This document shows positions 18,422 to 25,835 of a stretch of DNA of 35,883 bases, one piece after another; within the stretch, counting starts at the first letter, position 1; every line of letters starts with the position of its first letter. Both the position numbers and the translations under genes were made by a program. Below the pieces are notes generated by a model that was not told the origin of the DNA, did no database searches, and was given only the letters and a program-made list of their open reading frames with translations. Origin of the DNA: a virus (lineage: Duplodnaviria > Caudoviricetes); the IMG/VR virus record IMGVR_UViG_3300020045_004878, positions 1 to 35,883 of that record; one strand, given 5' to 3'.

Positions 18422-19249
18422 ACGGCAATCAACAAATGGGTGGGGACAACAAACGACGCGAACACGGCGGGCAATTGGAGCGACGGAGTTCCGACCGCAG
18501 ACGATGACTTGATGTTCTTATCCGAGTACGCGGGCCTGACCGCGCTCTCGGTTAATCCGGCGGCCCATACCGCCGTGGACGTGAACAGCATTTTTGTCGG
18601 GCCGGGCTATACGCTTAGTATCGGCGGATCGGGTGCGCACTTCGATATTAGCGCGGACAAGGTTCACTATCACGGATCGACCGGCAAGCTGTGGCTCAAG
18701 GACGGAGGCGGCACAACCGACCGCGTTGTATGCGATAGTACGGACAGCAATCCGTTGTCGCATGACTGCCTTAGCTTAGCGGGCGACACCTTTACCCGCT
18801 TGCTCATGCTACGCGGCATGGCGACGATCGAATCTGGTTGCACGGTGACTAACGCGATTATCGCTTCGCGTAATCCCGGCGTAACAGAAGCCAAGCTGGT
18901 GATTAACTCCGGGGCCGATTCGCTCACCACGGCTCTCTGTATGGCGGGGATCGTCACGTCAAACGCCAACCCGACGACGCTGACAATGTGGGGCGGGACG
19001 TGGACGCAGGACATTACCGTAATCACCAACATCATCATGCTAGGCGGGCGGTTGAATCTGAACTTCGGCGGTACTTACGCGAGCGTCCAGCACTACGGCG
19101 GGATTATTGACTGTACGCAGCGTGGTGGTCAGAAAATCTTTACCCAATACGAGCGTTCACCGGGCGCGATTCTTCTCGGTGAAGGAAACCTAGCAGCAGT
19201 GTCGCTGCCGGCGGCGTCCGCTCCACCGGATTTAGTATACATTGTATGA
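18422..19249 (+). CDS. Beta-helix-like putative tail appendage protein, paralog B (start probably ACG at 18422, else GTG at 18440)
   Basis: AINKWVGTT..AGNWSDGVP; paralogous to 16871-17713; SD-like aaggtga just before the ACG. Confidence 0.65.
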   Translation, partial: TAINKWVGTTNDANTAGNWSDGVPTADDDLMFLSEYAGLTALSVNPAAHTAVDVNSIFVGPGYTLSIGGSGAHFDISADKVHYHGSTGKLWLKDGGGTTDRVVCDSTDSNPLSHDCLSLAGDTFTRLLMLRGMATIESGCTVTNAIIASRNPGVTEAKLVINSGADSLTTALCMAGIVTSNANPTTLTMWGGTWTQDITVITNIIMLGGRLNLNFGGTYASVQHYGGIIDCTQRGGQKIFTQYERSPGAILLGEGNLAAVSLPAASAPPDLVYIV

Positions 19250-19258
19250 GGATAGCCA

Positions 19259-19579
19259 ATGAAAATCTCAATCGAAGCCGAAACAGACGCGGAACGGAAG
19301 GCATTTGCCGAGCCGGTTGTATTCGAGAACGTCGAGCGGGCCTGCATTACGGGCCGACATAACGATAACGCCGAAATAGGTTGGGCGGTCGGTCCGTGGA
19401 CCGCGCTGAAAGTGGATATGACTCGGACGATTATCGTAATGGACGAGAAAGCAATGTCGGCACTCATCACCAACAGCGTTATCAACGCCGCTGGCCTCAT
19501 GGCGAAAGCCGAGCGGGATCAGGCGATTGCGCGGGAAGTGATGGGCAACGGCAAGGCATTTAAGCTGCATCGACCATGA
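19259..19579 (+). CDS. Hypothetical protein
   Basis: SD gagga, coupled within the late operon. Confidence 0.6.
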   Translation: MKISIEAETDAERKAFAEPVVFENVERACITGRHNDNAEIGWAVGPWTALKVDMTRTIIVMDEKAMSALITNSVINAAGLMAKAERDQAIAREVMGNGKAFKLHRP

Positions 19580-19869
19580 AGCCACTAAGCACTCGCGTTA
19601 TCGTCAACACGCCCGGCACGGCGGTCCAACTGTCTTCGGTCCCGTTCCTGGTTAAGTGGGTTCACATATTCGCCATGCCGGAAAATACGACCGTTGTTTA
19701 CATCGGAGCATCGAACGTGCGAGCGCGTACGGGCGAGCGGTGCGGCGCGCCGCTGAACGGCGGCACGCGGCCCGATACATTTTCTTGGGGTGAGACTGAT
19801 TTATCGCTGTGGTGGATTGACGCCGTGACCGCGCTCGAGGGCGTCACCATTCTGGCGGGAATAGATTGA
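19576..19869 (+). CDS. Small putative structural protein
   Basis: ATGA overlap; TPGTAVQL..A.PENTTVVYIG pattern seen in small phage beta-sandwich proteins. Confidence 0.6.
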   Translation: MKPLSTRVIVNTPGTAVQLSSVPFLVKWVHIFAMPENTTVVYIGASNVRARTGERCGAPLNGGTRPDTFSWGETDLSLWWIDAVTALEGVTILAGID

Positions 19870-20351
19870 TGAATCCGATTACCCGACCGGGCGACACGCA
19901 GGGTCAGTCGCCTGTAACACCACAACAGTCTGGCGCACTAGACAAATCAATTCCGGTCGATGGCCAATATAGCGGCACCACCATTCCGGGCACTGCGGGC
20001 GCGACGCTGGTGTTCGGCGACCTCTGTTATCTCAATTCATCAAGTCAATGGGTACTGGCCGACGCCGACGCCGCTACCACTGCGGGCAGCGTGCGGCTTG
20101 GCATCTGCGTTCTAGCGGCCACATCGGGCAATCCTACGTCGATGCTGTTATACGGGACCGTACGATCTGCCGCATTTCCGGCCTCGCTAACATCCGGCGC
20201 GCCGTTGTTCGTTTCGACCACGGCGGGCGATATTACGGCTACAGCACCAAGCGGCACCGACGACGTAATTCGAGTAGTCGGACATGCAGTGACCGCCGAG
20301 CCGAACACGATCATGTTCGACCCTTCGCCCGACTGGTTTGAGCATACATGA
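19869..20351 (+). CDS. Putative capsid cement/fibre-type protein
   Basis: AGATLVFGDLCYL..WVLADAD..LGI..LLYG..FVSTTAGDITATAPS..VIRVVGHA. Confidence 0.55.
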   Translation: MNPITRPGDTQGQSPVTPQQSGALDKSIPVDGQYSGTTIPGTAGATLVFGDLCYLNSSSQWVLADADAATTAGSVRLGICVLAATSGNPTSMLLYGTVRSAAFPASLTSGAPLFVSTTAGDITATAPSGTDDVIRVVGHAVTAEPNTIMFDPSPDWFEHT

Positions 20352-21109
20352 GCGTCATCTTTTATCCTTCATTCCTGGCCACTGACGATGTTCCGTTTAC
20401 GATGTCGCCGATTGGAACGTATGACGACACATCGGTACTCGTTCACGCCAATATGCACTTGACGCATGCGGGCAGCTCTTCTACTAGCCACAGTTTTAGT
20501 GACAGCGACGCCTCGTTGAAGAAGATTTTGTATCGAATGCTGTATTCGCCGGAGCTTGTACCAGGTCAGACCATTTTCGACAACGGGATTGACCCGGTTA
20601 CGCTCGTTGACATGTCTATTCGGTGTCATGGGGACGATATACACAACAATATGTATACCTCTCTTGCCGTTTACGTCGTCAACATCAACGGCCCGACCGT
20701 TCAAAAAACGCTGCTGACGCACCAAAAAGATAATACCGAAATGCCCGCCGATAATCCCCCCTCGGCTTCCCTGCCTGCGAGTCGATATTTTAGCCAAATC
20801 ACAGATGGAGGCGGCGACTACACGACCGTACCGGGCGATTTCATCGTGGCCGAACTCGGAAGCTGGGGCGACCCCGATCCTACGTATGACCACGATGCCC
20901 GGTTCCTGCACGAGGCTGGTGTTAAAGCAGGTGATTTGCCAGCAAGCGACGGAGAACTAACTGCGCTTTGGCCGTGGATTCGGCTCGTGGATCAGACGTT
21001 GACGTTTCGCAACATCAAGAAAATCAACGGCGTTCGATTAGGCTACATCCAAAAAATCAACGGCATTGATATCGAGGATGTGAAAAAGATAAACGGCGTA
21101 ACGCTGTGA
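20348..21109 (+). CDS. Hypothetical protein with C-terminal (I/V)xKING repeats
   Basis: ATGA overlap; IKKINGV, IQKINGI, VKKINGV at 11-aa spacing. Confidence 0.6.
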   Translation: MSVIFYPSFLATDDVPFTMSPIGTYDDTSVLVHANMHLTHAGSSSTSHSFSDSDASLKKILYRMLYSPELVPGQTIFDNGIDPVTLVDMSIRCHGDDIHNNMYTSLAVYVVNINGPTVQKTLLTHQKDNTEMPADNPPSASLPASRYFSQITDGGGDYTTVPGDFIVAELGSWGDPDPTYDHDARFLHEAGVKAGDLPASDGELTALWPWIRLVDQTLTFRNIKKINGVRLGYIQKINGIDIEDVKKINGVTL

Positions 21110-21378
21110 TGCTACCGGTCTACAACTGCATCGGCTGTGGTGCATGCTGTACCGAAGTCGGGCGTCCACCGTTCGATGGCAATGAGGCGGATCACCTGCC
21201 CGAACCACTGCGGCGGGAAGTGCGGGACTGTGCGCGGCTTGAAGGTAATTGTCTGTGGCTCAATCGGTCAACGATGACGTGCAAGCATTACAATCATCGG
21301 CCAAAGGTGTGCCGCGAATTCGAGATAGGGGGCCGGGAATGCGGGGCGTTCAGGCAACGGGTAGGGGCGACGTTTTAG
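21106..21378 (+). CDS. YkgJ family cysteine-cluster (Fe-S/Zn) protein
   Basis: CIGCGACC..CLWL..CKHYNHRPKVCREF. Confidence 0.85.
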   Translation: MMLPVYNCIGCGACCTEVGRPPFDGNEADHLPEPLRREVRDCARLEGNCLWLNRSTMTCKHYNHRPKVCREFEIGGRECGAFRQRVGATF

Positions 21379-21379
21379 G

Positions 21380-21787
21380 TCAACTCTTGCATGTATGCTT
21401 CTTCCGGTGCGGCTTCTTGCCTCGCTGATGGATGACGTACTCAACATACTCGTTGACCGCCTTATCGTGTTTCGCATTCACCGCCGCCTTGCAGTCCGGG
21501 CAGTCGTCGGTTGCATGGACCACGGTTGAAGCGATGTGATCACGCCTACGGGCCTTGATAGTCGCCTGAACGGTGAGGATAAGGCCCATAATCGTTCCGC
21601 CCCAACCGGCGTTGTCGGCCACGGTCTGTAGGCTGACATTCCAGACAGTCGAATCCCGGCCCGCAGTCGATTCGGTCTTGGGCTTGTAGTCTTGGTCCCG
21701 TTTGGACGATGGGGAGAACAGGGCACAGCCCACAAACAAGAGCAAGCAGCCCAACAAGACCGCGTTCAGGCATCGTTTGGCGTTCAT
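21380..21787 (-). CDS. Putative lipoprotein with an additional hydrophobic segment
   Basis: MNAKRCLNAVLLGCLLLFVGC lipobox-like signal; WGGTIMGLILTV segment. Confidence 0.6.
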   Translation of the reverse strand: MNAKRCLNAVLLGCLLLFVGCALFSPSSKRDQDYKPKTESTAGRDSTVWNVSLQTVADNAGWGGTIMGLILTVQATIKARRRDHIASTVVHATDDCPDCKAAVNAKHDKAVNEYVEYVIHQRGKKPHRKKHTCKS

Positions 21788-21793
21788 GGATGG

Positions 21794-21802
21794 ATTATAC
21801 CA
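21794..21802 (-). promoter_or_regulatory. Extended -10 promoter, probably leaderless
   Basis: Minus strand TGGTATAAT, then 6 nt, then ATG at 21787; no SD. Confidence 0.5.
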
Positions 21803-21925
21803 CATACGCCGCGAGTCGACTTCCATGGATTGGCACCGCCATTCTCGACCTCAAAAACGCCTATAGCCGCCCCTAGCAGCGTCAAAACGCGGTCGACCGG
21901 CATTTCTAGGACGCCAAGCCCTCGA

Positions 21926-22342
21926 CTAGGACGGTTTCTGGCCACGGGCGCAGACCAGCGGAGAGGCCGCTCTTGCTTTAGCAAGGGCGTTTCTCATTGC
22001 ATCCGTCGTAGTCCTAAGCCGTTTTGCGTTCAGCATTGGAAGCAAATCGGCAAGATCGTCCATCGGCACCCGAAACGTGGCCGCGCCCGTACCGACCTGC
22101 ATTATGGCCATTTCGGGGATCTGGCCACGAATCCCGTCGATGAACCTTCGTGGCGATAGACGTTTGATCCAAACGCCAGACCAGCCATGCCCGTATCGGT
22201 AGACGTGGCCCCGCGAACCTTCTAGGCCGCGCCCCTTCCGCCAGCTTCCAAGCGGGATGGTATATTCGGCATCGGCCTCTCCAATACCATGCTGCGTTCT
22301 TACTACCCGATAGGTTGCTTCAATCGAGTCTGGGAATTGCAT
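21926..22342 (-). CDS. Hypothetical protein
   Basis: 138 aa ORF adjacent to the upstream gene stop. Confidence 0.55.
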   Translation of the reverse strand: MQFPDSIEATYRVVRTQHGIGEADAEYTIPLGSWRKGRGLEGSRGHVYRYGHGWSGVWIKRLSPRRFIDGIRGQIPEMAIMQVGTGAATFRVPMDDLADLLPMLNAKRLRTTTDAMRNALAKARAASPLVCARGQKPS

Positions 22343-22343
22343 A

Positions 22344-22538
22344 TTACTTCCCGTCCTTAAGCCTGCGGTTTAGCGTCTTGATCTCCCGCTTGAGGGCATC
22401 GACCTGTTTGGCGTGGGCCTCGGCAAGCGTTGCGGCTCGCTGGGCCTCAGACGCGGCTTTGGCGGTCTGGCGTCTTAGGACTTCCAGCACCACCAAAATT
22501 ACCGCATTCAAAATGGCCGAAACATGGATCGGTTCCAT
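22344..22538 (-). CDS. Small membrane protein (TM + coiled coil; holin-like architecture)
   Basis: VSAILNAVILVVLEVL then a heptad-rich basic tail. Confidence 0.5.
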   Translation of the reverse strand: MEPIHVSAILNAVILVVLEVLRRQTAKAASEAQRAATLAEAHAKQVDALKREIKTLNRRLKDGK

Positions 22539-22627
22539 TCATCAAGCCCTCGCAGTTCTTACGGTCTTGAACCCACACCGTCACTTTATCGTTTACCCGC
22601 CTCATAGTCCAGAACTCGACTTCCCCG

Positions 22628-22801
22628 AAGCCGCGACAACGGGTTCATTCAGCATGGTCGTCGGCTTTGGGCGGTTCGGCGTCGGTTGGTGCTGGCCTTC
22701 CGGGCGGGTCAAGGGGGTCAACCGACCTGCAATCTGGCGTCGCCTGGTCTGCCGCGTACTTAGTCAGCGACCCCTGCCCATGAGGGAGGCTTACCCGGAA
22801 G
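22628..22801 (-). ncRNA. Candidate structured intergenic RNA
   Basis: Nested stems 22697-22704/22794-22801 and 22714-22727/22762-22774, plus hairpin 22628-22667; G-U pairs work on the minus strand. Confidence 0.35.
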
Positions 22802-22813
22802 TCGTGGTTGACT

Positions 22814-23062
22814 TTAGATTTCATCTTCGGTCACGTCCCGACATTCGACAATATCCCATTTTTCCTTCAGCCACCATCCGAGTTCACGATAGACGCCAAG
22901 GCAGGTGGTCATGTCGCCACGTTTGCACATGAGGGTTCCGGGTTCCTGCCGATGCACCGCCAATACGACGTTGCCGTACCGGGCCTCAAGCTGGTCGGCT
23001 ATCTGGTCGAGGGTTGCGAATCGAAGTTCTACGGTATCGTCGGTTGCTGGTTTTTCCATCAT
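22814..23062 (-). CDS. Hypothetical protein
   Basis: 82 aa, SD gagga. Confidence 0.55.
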   Translation of the reverse strand: MMEKPATDDTVELRFATLDQIADQLEARYGNVVLAVHRQEPGTLMCKRGDMTTCLGVYRELGWWLKEKWDIVECRDVTEDEI

Positions 23063-23090
23063 GTCCTCAATCGCTCGCGGGCGGGCATGG

Positions 23091-24305
23091 TTAGGCGATT
23101 AGCTCCAACTGGCCGACGGCTTGCGGGACTTCCGGCTCGTACTCATCCATCGCTCTACTGATTCGCTTACGGGCAAGCGTGCAATAGTCCGGGTTCAACT
23201 CAATTCCAATAAAGTCTAGGCCCATGCGACGACAGACAACGCCAGTAGTTCCTGCACCCGAAAATGGGTCTAGTACGGTACATGGTTTTGTTGCTTCGTT
23301 GCAGTCGCATCCCGAACGCCATTCCGATTGACGATTGACGGAGATATGCCGTCTGCCATCACGATTCGCCGGTTTGTCATCCAAGCCCTGCCGTTTGGGC
23401 GCGGTAGCGGGCCGCGTTGCCACACGTTCCCCATTAACTGTTCGCTTCCACGGCGCGCCACACGCCACACAGCATCCCTTGTCCGACGTGCCTACCTTGA
23501 GGCATCGGGCGACGAGTTCGGTCGGAAACGTGGCGAAGTGGGCCTCCTTGGTAGGCTCGGTCGAGAGCGTCCACACGGAACGCATGTTGCGACCATTGCC
23601 AAGCCTGAATCGCTCCTGTCCATCGAGCTGTAGACTTTGCTTGCAACTAGCCGAAACTTCCGACGGATATTGCCCCGTCTTCCCATTGTTGGTGACGAAC
23701 CGATAGTCATACCGAGAAGCCGTGTCATCGGCGTATGCTTCCCGCCCCGCTTCCTGATCGTAAAAGTACCTCGGTCCCTTACTCAACAGGAAAATGTACT
23801 CATGCGACCTTGTAGGTCTGTCCCTCACGCTTTCCGGCATTGGTGAGCGTTTGTGCCAGATGATGTCGCTGCGGAGAATCCAGCCGTCATCTTGCAGCGC
23901 GAACGCCACCCGCCAGGCCATGCCGATGAGGTTTTTGGCGGCAAGTCCAGTTGGCGGCGATGGCTGTACGTGACTGCTGATGTTCGTTGCCTGTTTATCC
24001 TGTGGTCGGCCACCGCCGCGCCCTCCGCCTTCATACGCATCCCCGTAATTCAGCCACAGCGTCCCGTCGTCGTGGAGCACGCGACGGACTTCGCGGAACA
24101 CCCGCACGAGATTCCAAAGGTGACGATCAAACGTCGGCTCCAAGCCGATCATCTTCTTACGCGCCGGATCATCGGCCTTGAATCCGTAGGAACGCAATCC
24201 CCAATAAGGAGGCGATGTGACGCAACACTGAACAGACTTTGCGGGAAGCGTGCGCAGGACTTCAAGGCAATCGCCTTCGACAATTTGTTGCTTCGCGGGC
24301 ATCAC
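23091..24305 (-). CDS. Orphan amino (N4C/N6A) DNA methyltransferase, beta class
   Basis: GDCLEVL, VTSPPYW, LRSDIIWHK, HFATFP, VLDPFSGAGTT, GIELNPDY. Confidence 0.92.
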   Translation of the reverse strand: MMPAKQQIVEGDCLEVLRTLPAKSVQCCVTSPPYWGLRSYGFKADDPARKKMIGLEPTFDRHLWNLVRVFREVRRVLHDDGTLWLNYGDAYEGGGRGGGRPQDKQATNISSHVQPSPPTGLAAKNLIGMAWRVAFALQDDGWILRSDIIWHKRSPMPESVRDRPTRSHEYIFLLSKGPRYFYDQEAGREAYADDTASRYDYRFVTNNGKTGQYPSEVSASCKQSLQLDGQERFRLGNGRNMRSVWTLSTEPTKEAHFATFPTELVARCLKVGTSDKGCCVACGAPWKRTVNGERVATRPATAPKRQGLDDKPANRDGRRHISVNRQSEWRSGCDCNEATKPCTVLDPFSGAGTTGVVCRRMGLDFIGIELNPDYCTLARKRISRAMDEYEPEVPQAVGQLELIA

Positions 24306-24336
24306 GCCTTCCTCAAGTTGCCGTAGGGGATCGCCA

Positions 24337-24543
24337 CTATGGATTACGAGCCGCCGCCAACCGGGAACGAAGATCGTAGATCGTTTTCAGCAGACACACG
24401 ATAACTAGCTCCTCCTCGAACATGTCATCTTCTTCAGCGTCGGAATAAAGATCATCCAGCGAATCGAGTTCTTCGTCGTCCAATGGGCGTAGCGTATCTG
24501 GAATTACAAGAGAGCCGAGAGTCATATATTCTTCGGTTTTCAT
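24337..24543 (-). CDS. Acidic hypothetical protein
   Basis: 68 aa ORF in the minus-strand gene train. Confidence 0.5.
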   Translation of the reverse strand: MKTEEYMTLGSLVIPDTLRPLDDEELDSLDDLYSDAEEDDMFEEELVIVCLLKTIYDLRSRLAAARNP

Positions 24544-24587
24544 GGCGAATCAGGCGGCGTCGGCGTCCGTGCCGGATTCCGTTCACG

Positions 24588-24602
24588 CCGCAGAAAGTTA
24601 AA
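24588..24602 (+). repeat. 15-bp direct repeat, copy 1 (ccgcagaaagttaaa)
   Basis: Identical to 25362-25376; overlaps the stop codon of the C5 MTase. Confidence 0.85.
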
Positions 24603-25362
24603 GCGAGTCTACGATCCTTCGCCCTATCCATTCGGCTACTTGGGGCACGACGGCGTTTCCAACTGCCTTAACTCTGTCCATCCGATCGGGAAACCATTCA
24701 TCCACTCGCTCAAGTTGGGATGGATCACGATGCCCGTAGCAAGACGACACAAACGCCCTAAGCCACAGCTCCAAGTTTCTCCATTCGGTTTCACCTTGCG
24801 TGGTTTTCCATTGATCGCATCGGGGCGGTGGGCCATCAAGATTTCGCCGACGCCCGCATCGGAGGCTGTTGGGGTAGGCAGTGAGAAACAAGCGTTCTCG
24901 TGAATGTGGGGCTCCGAAAGCGCACGCTGACAGCACCTCCCATTCTGCATCATACCCGCACGCGGCCAAGTCTCCGAGAACTCGTCCAATTCCCCTGACA
25001 AGCAAAGCTGCGACGTTCTCCACGAGCACGAATCGGGGTCGTAGTTCGCAAATGATTCGATGGAACTCTGACCACAAGCCACTTCGTTCGCCGTCGATAC
25101 CTGCCCGTTTCCCGGCGTTGCTAATGTCCTGGCATGGGAATCCCCCACAGATAAGATCGACGGGTTCGAGGCTTGCTCTTCCAACGGTTCGCACATCTTC
25201 ATATCGCTTTACGTTGGGCCAATGTTTTTCGAGTACCTTGCGACAAAATGGATCAATCTCAACTTGCCACTTGCAGGTCATGCCTGCGCGTTCTAGACCA
25301 AGATCAAAGCCGCCGATGCCAGCAAAAAGACTACCGAAGGTCAGCATCGGCTCATTCCGCAC
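24598..25362 (-). CDS. C5-cytosine DNA methyltransferase, alpha polypeptide
   Basis: SLFAGIGG (I), GGFPCQ (IV), ENV (VI), HSRERLF (VIII), GNAVVPQ (X); motif IX not seen in this frame; alternative start ATG at 25347. Confidence 0.92.
   Translation of the reverse strand: MRNEPMLTFGSLFAGIGGFDLGLERAGMTCKWQVEIDPFCRKVLEKHWPNVKRYEDVRTVGRASLEPVDLICGGFPCQDISNAGKRAGIDGERSGLWSEFHRIICELRPRFVLVENVAALLVRGIGRVLGDLAACGYDAEWEVLSACAFGAPHSRERLFLTAYPNSLRCGRRRNLDGPPPRCDQWKTTQGETEWRNLELWLRAFVSSCYGHRDPSQLERVDEWFPDRMDRVKAVGNAVVPQVAEWIGRRIVDSL
24636..25202 (-). CDS. C5 methyltransferase beta polypeptide in an overlapping frame (start uncertain)
   Basis: LPTPTASD and HPNLSEWMNGFPIGWT (motif IX-like) encoded entirely inside the alpha gene. 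Confidence 0.7.
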   Translation of the reverse strand: MKMCEPLEEQASNPSILSVGDSHARTLATPGNGQVSTANEVACGQSSIESFANYDPDSCSWRTSQLCLSGELDEFSETWPRAGMMQNGRCCQRALSEPHIHENACFSLPTPTASDAGVGEILMAHRPDAINGKPRKVKPNGETWSCGLGRLCRLATGIVIHPNLSEWMNGFPIGWTELRQLETPSCPK

Positions 25363-25376
25363 CGCAGAAAGTTAAA
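25362..25376 (+). repeat. 15-bp direct repeat, copy 2 (ccgcagaaagttaaa)
   Basis: Identical to 24588-24602; at the 5' end of the C5 MTase. Confidence 0.85.
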
Positions 25377-25407
25377 AAACGGACCGCCGACCGTAGCCGA
25401 CGGCCCG
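25374..25407 (-). terminator. Intrinsic terminator
   Basis: Minus strand cgggccgtcggc-TACG-gtcggcggtccg followed by tttttt. Confidence 0.8.
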
Positions 25408-25556
25408 CCCAGAGGGGGAGAGAGTACGTCGGTCCCATTCCACTCATCGCCCCCGCGCCAATTCAATCCGCCGAACGCTCACGCCATTCGCTGCACGCGA
25501 TCGACCATTCGACTGGGCGGATTCCTAGCCCCGGTCCACGCGAGGCGGCTGTTGCG

Positions 25557-25835
25557 CTACGGATTCTCGCTATCCACGCTCTCGACAGCCGACGCGATGG
25601 CTTCGGCGTTTGCTTTCAGGCGGTCAATCGTCGCGACGTCCTCCGGCGACAGCGCGCCTTGTTTAAGCAACTGTATGTCGGCCTGAATACCGGCCAGTGC
25701 CGTGTTTATCCGTCCAAAGGCCGCGTCTTGGGCGGCTGCCAAATCACTAATCGCACTCATAATCATTTCTCCCTGGGCGAGTATTCGCCCGACAAGTTCC
25801 TCGATTCCAAACAGTTTCCAAAGCCATTGCATCAT
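25557..25835 (-). CDS. Hypothetical coiled-coil protein
   Basis: 92 aa, Ala-rich helical; ATGA overlap with the upstream gene. Confidence 0.6.
   Translation of the reverse strand: MMQWLWKLFGIEELVGRILAQGEMIMSAISDLAAAQDAAFGRINTALAGIQADIQLLKQGALSPEDVATIDRLKANAEAIASAVESVDSENP

Noticed and set aside
17757-18425. Group I intron carrying the HNH gene
   Set aside because: The HNH is antisense and only about 130 nt of non-coding flank exists, too little for a group I core; no conserved core elements seen
13510-21109. Diversity-generating retroelement or invertible tail-fibre system
   Set aside because: No reverse transcriptase, invertase or near-identical TR/VR repeat pair seen; the paralogs are too diverged
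23091-25362. Restriction-modification system
   Set aside because: No adjacent endonuclease; the neighbours are short hypothetical ORFs
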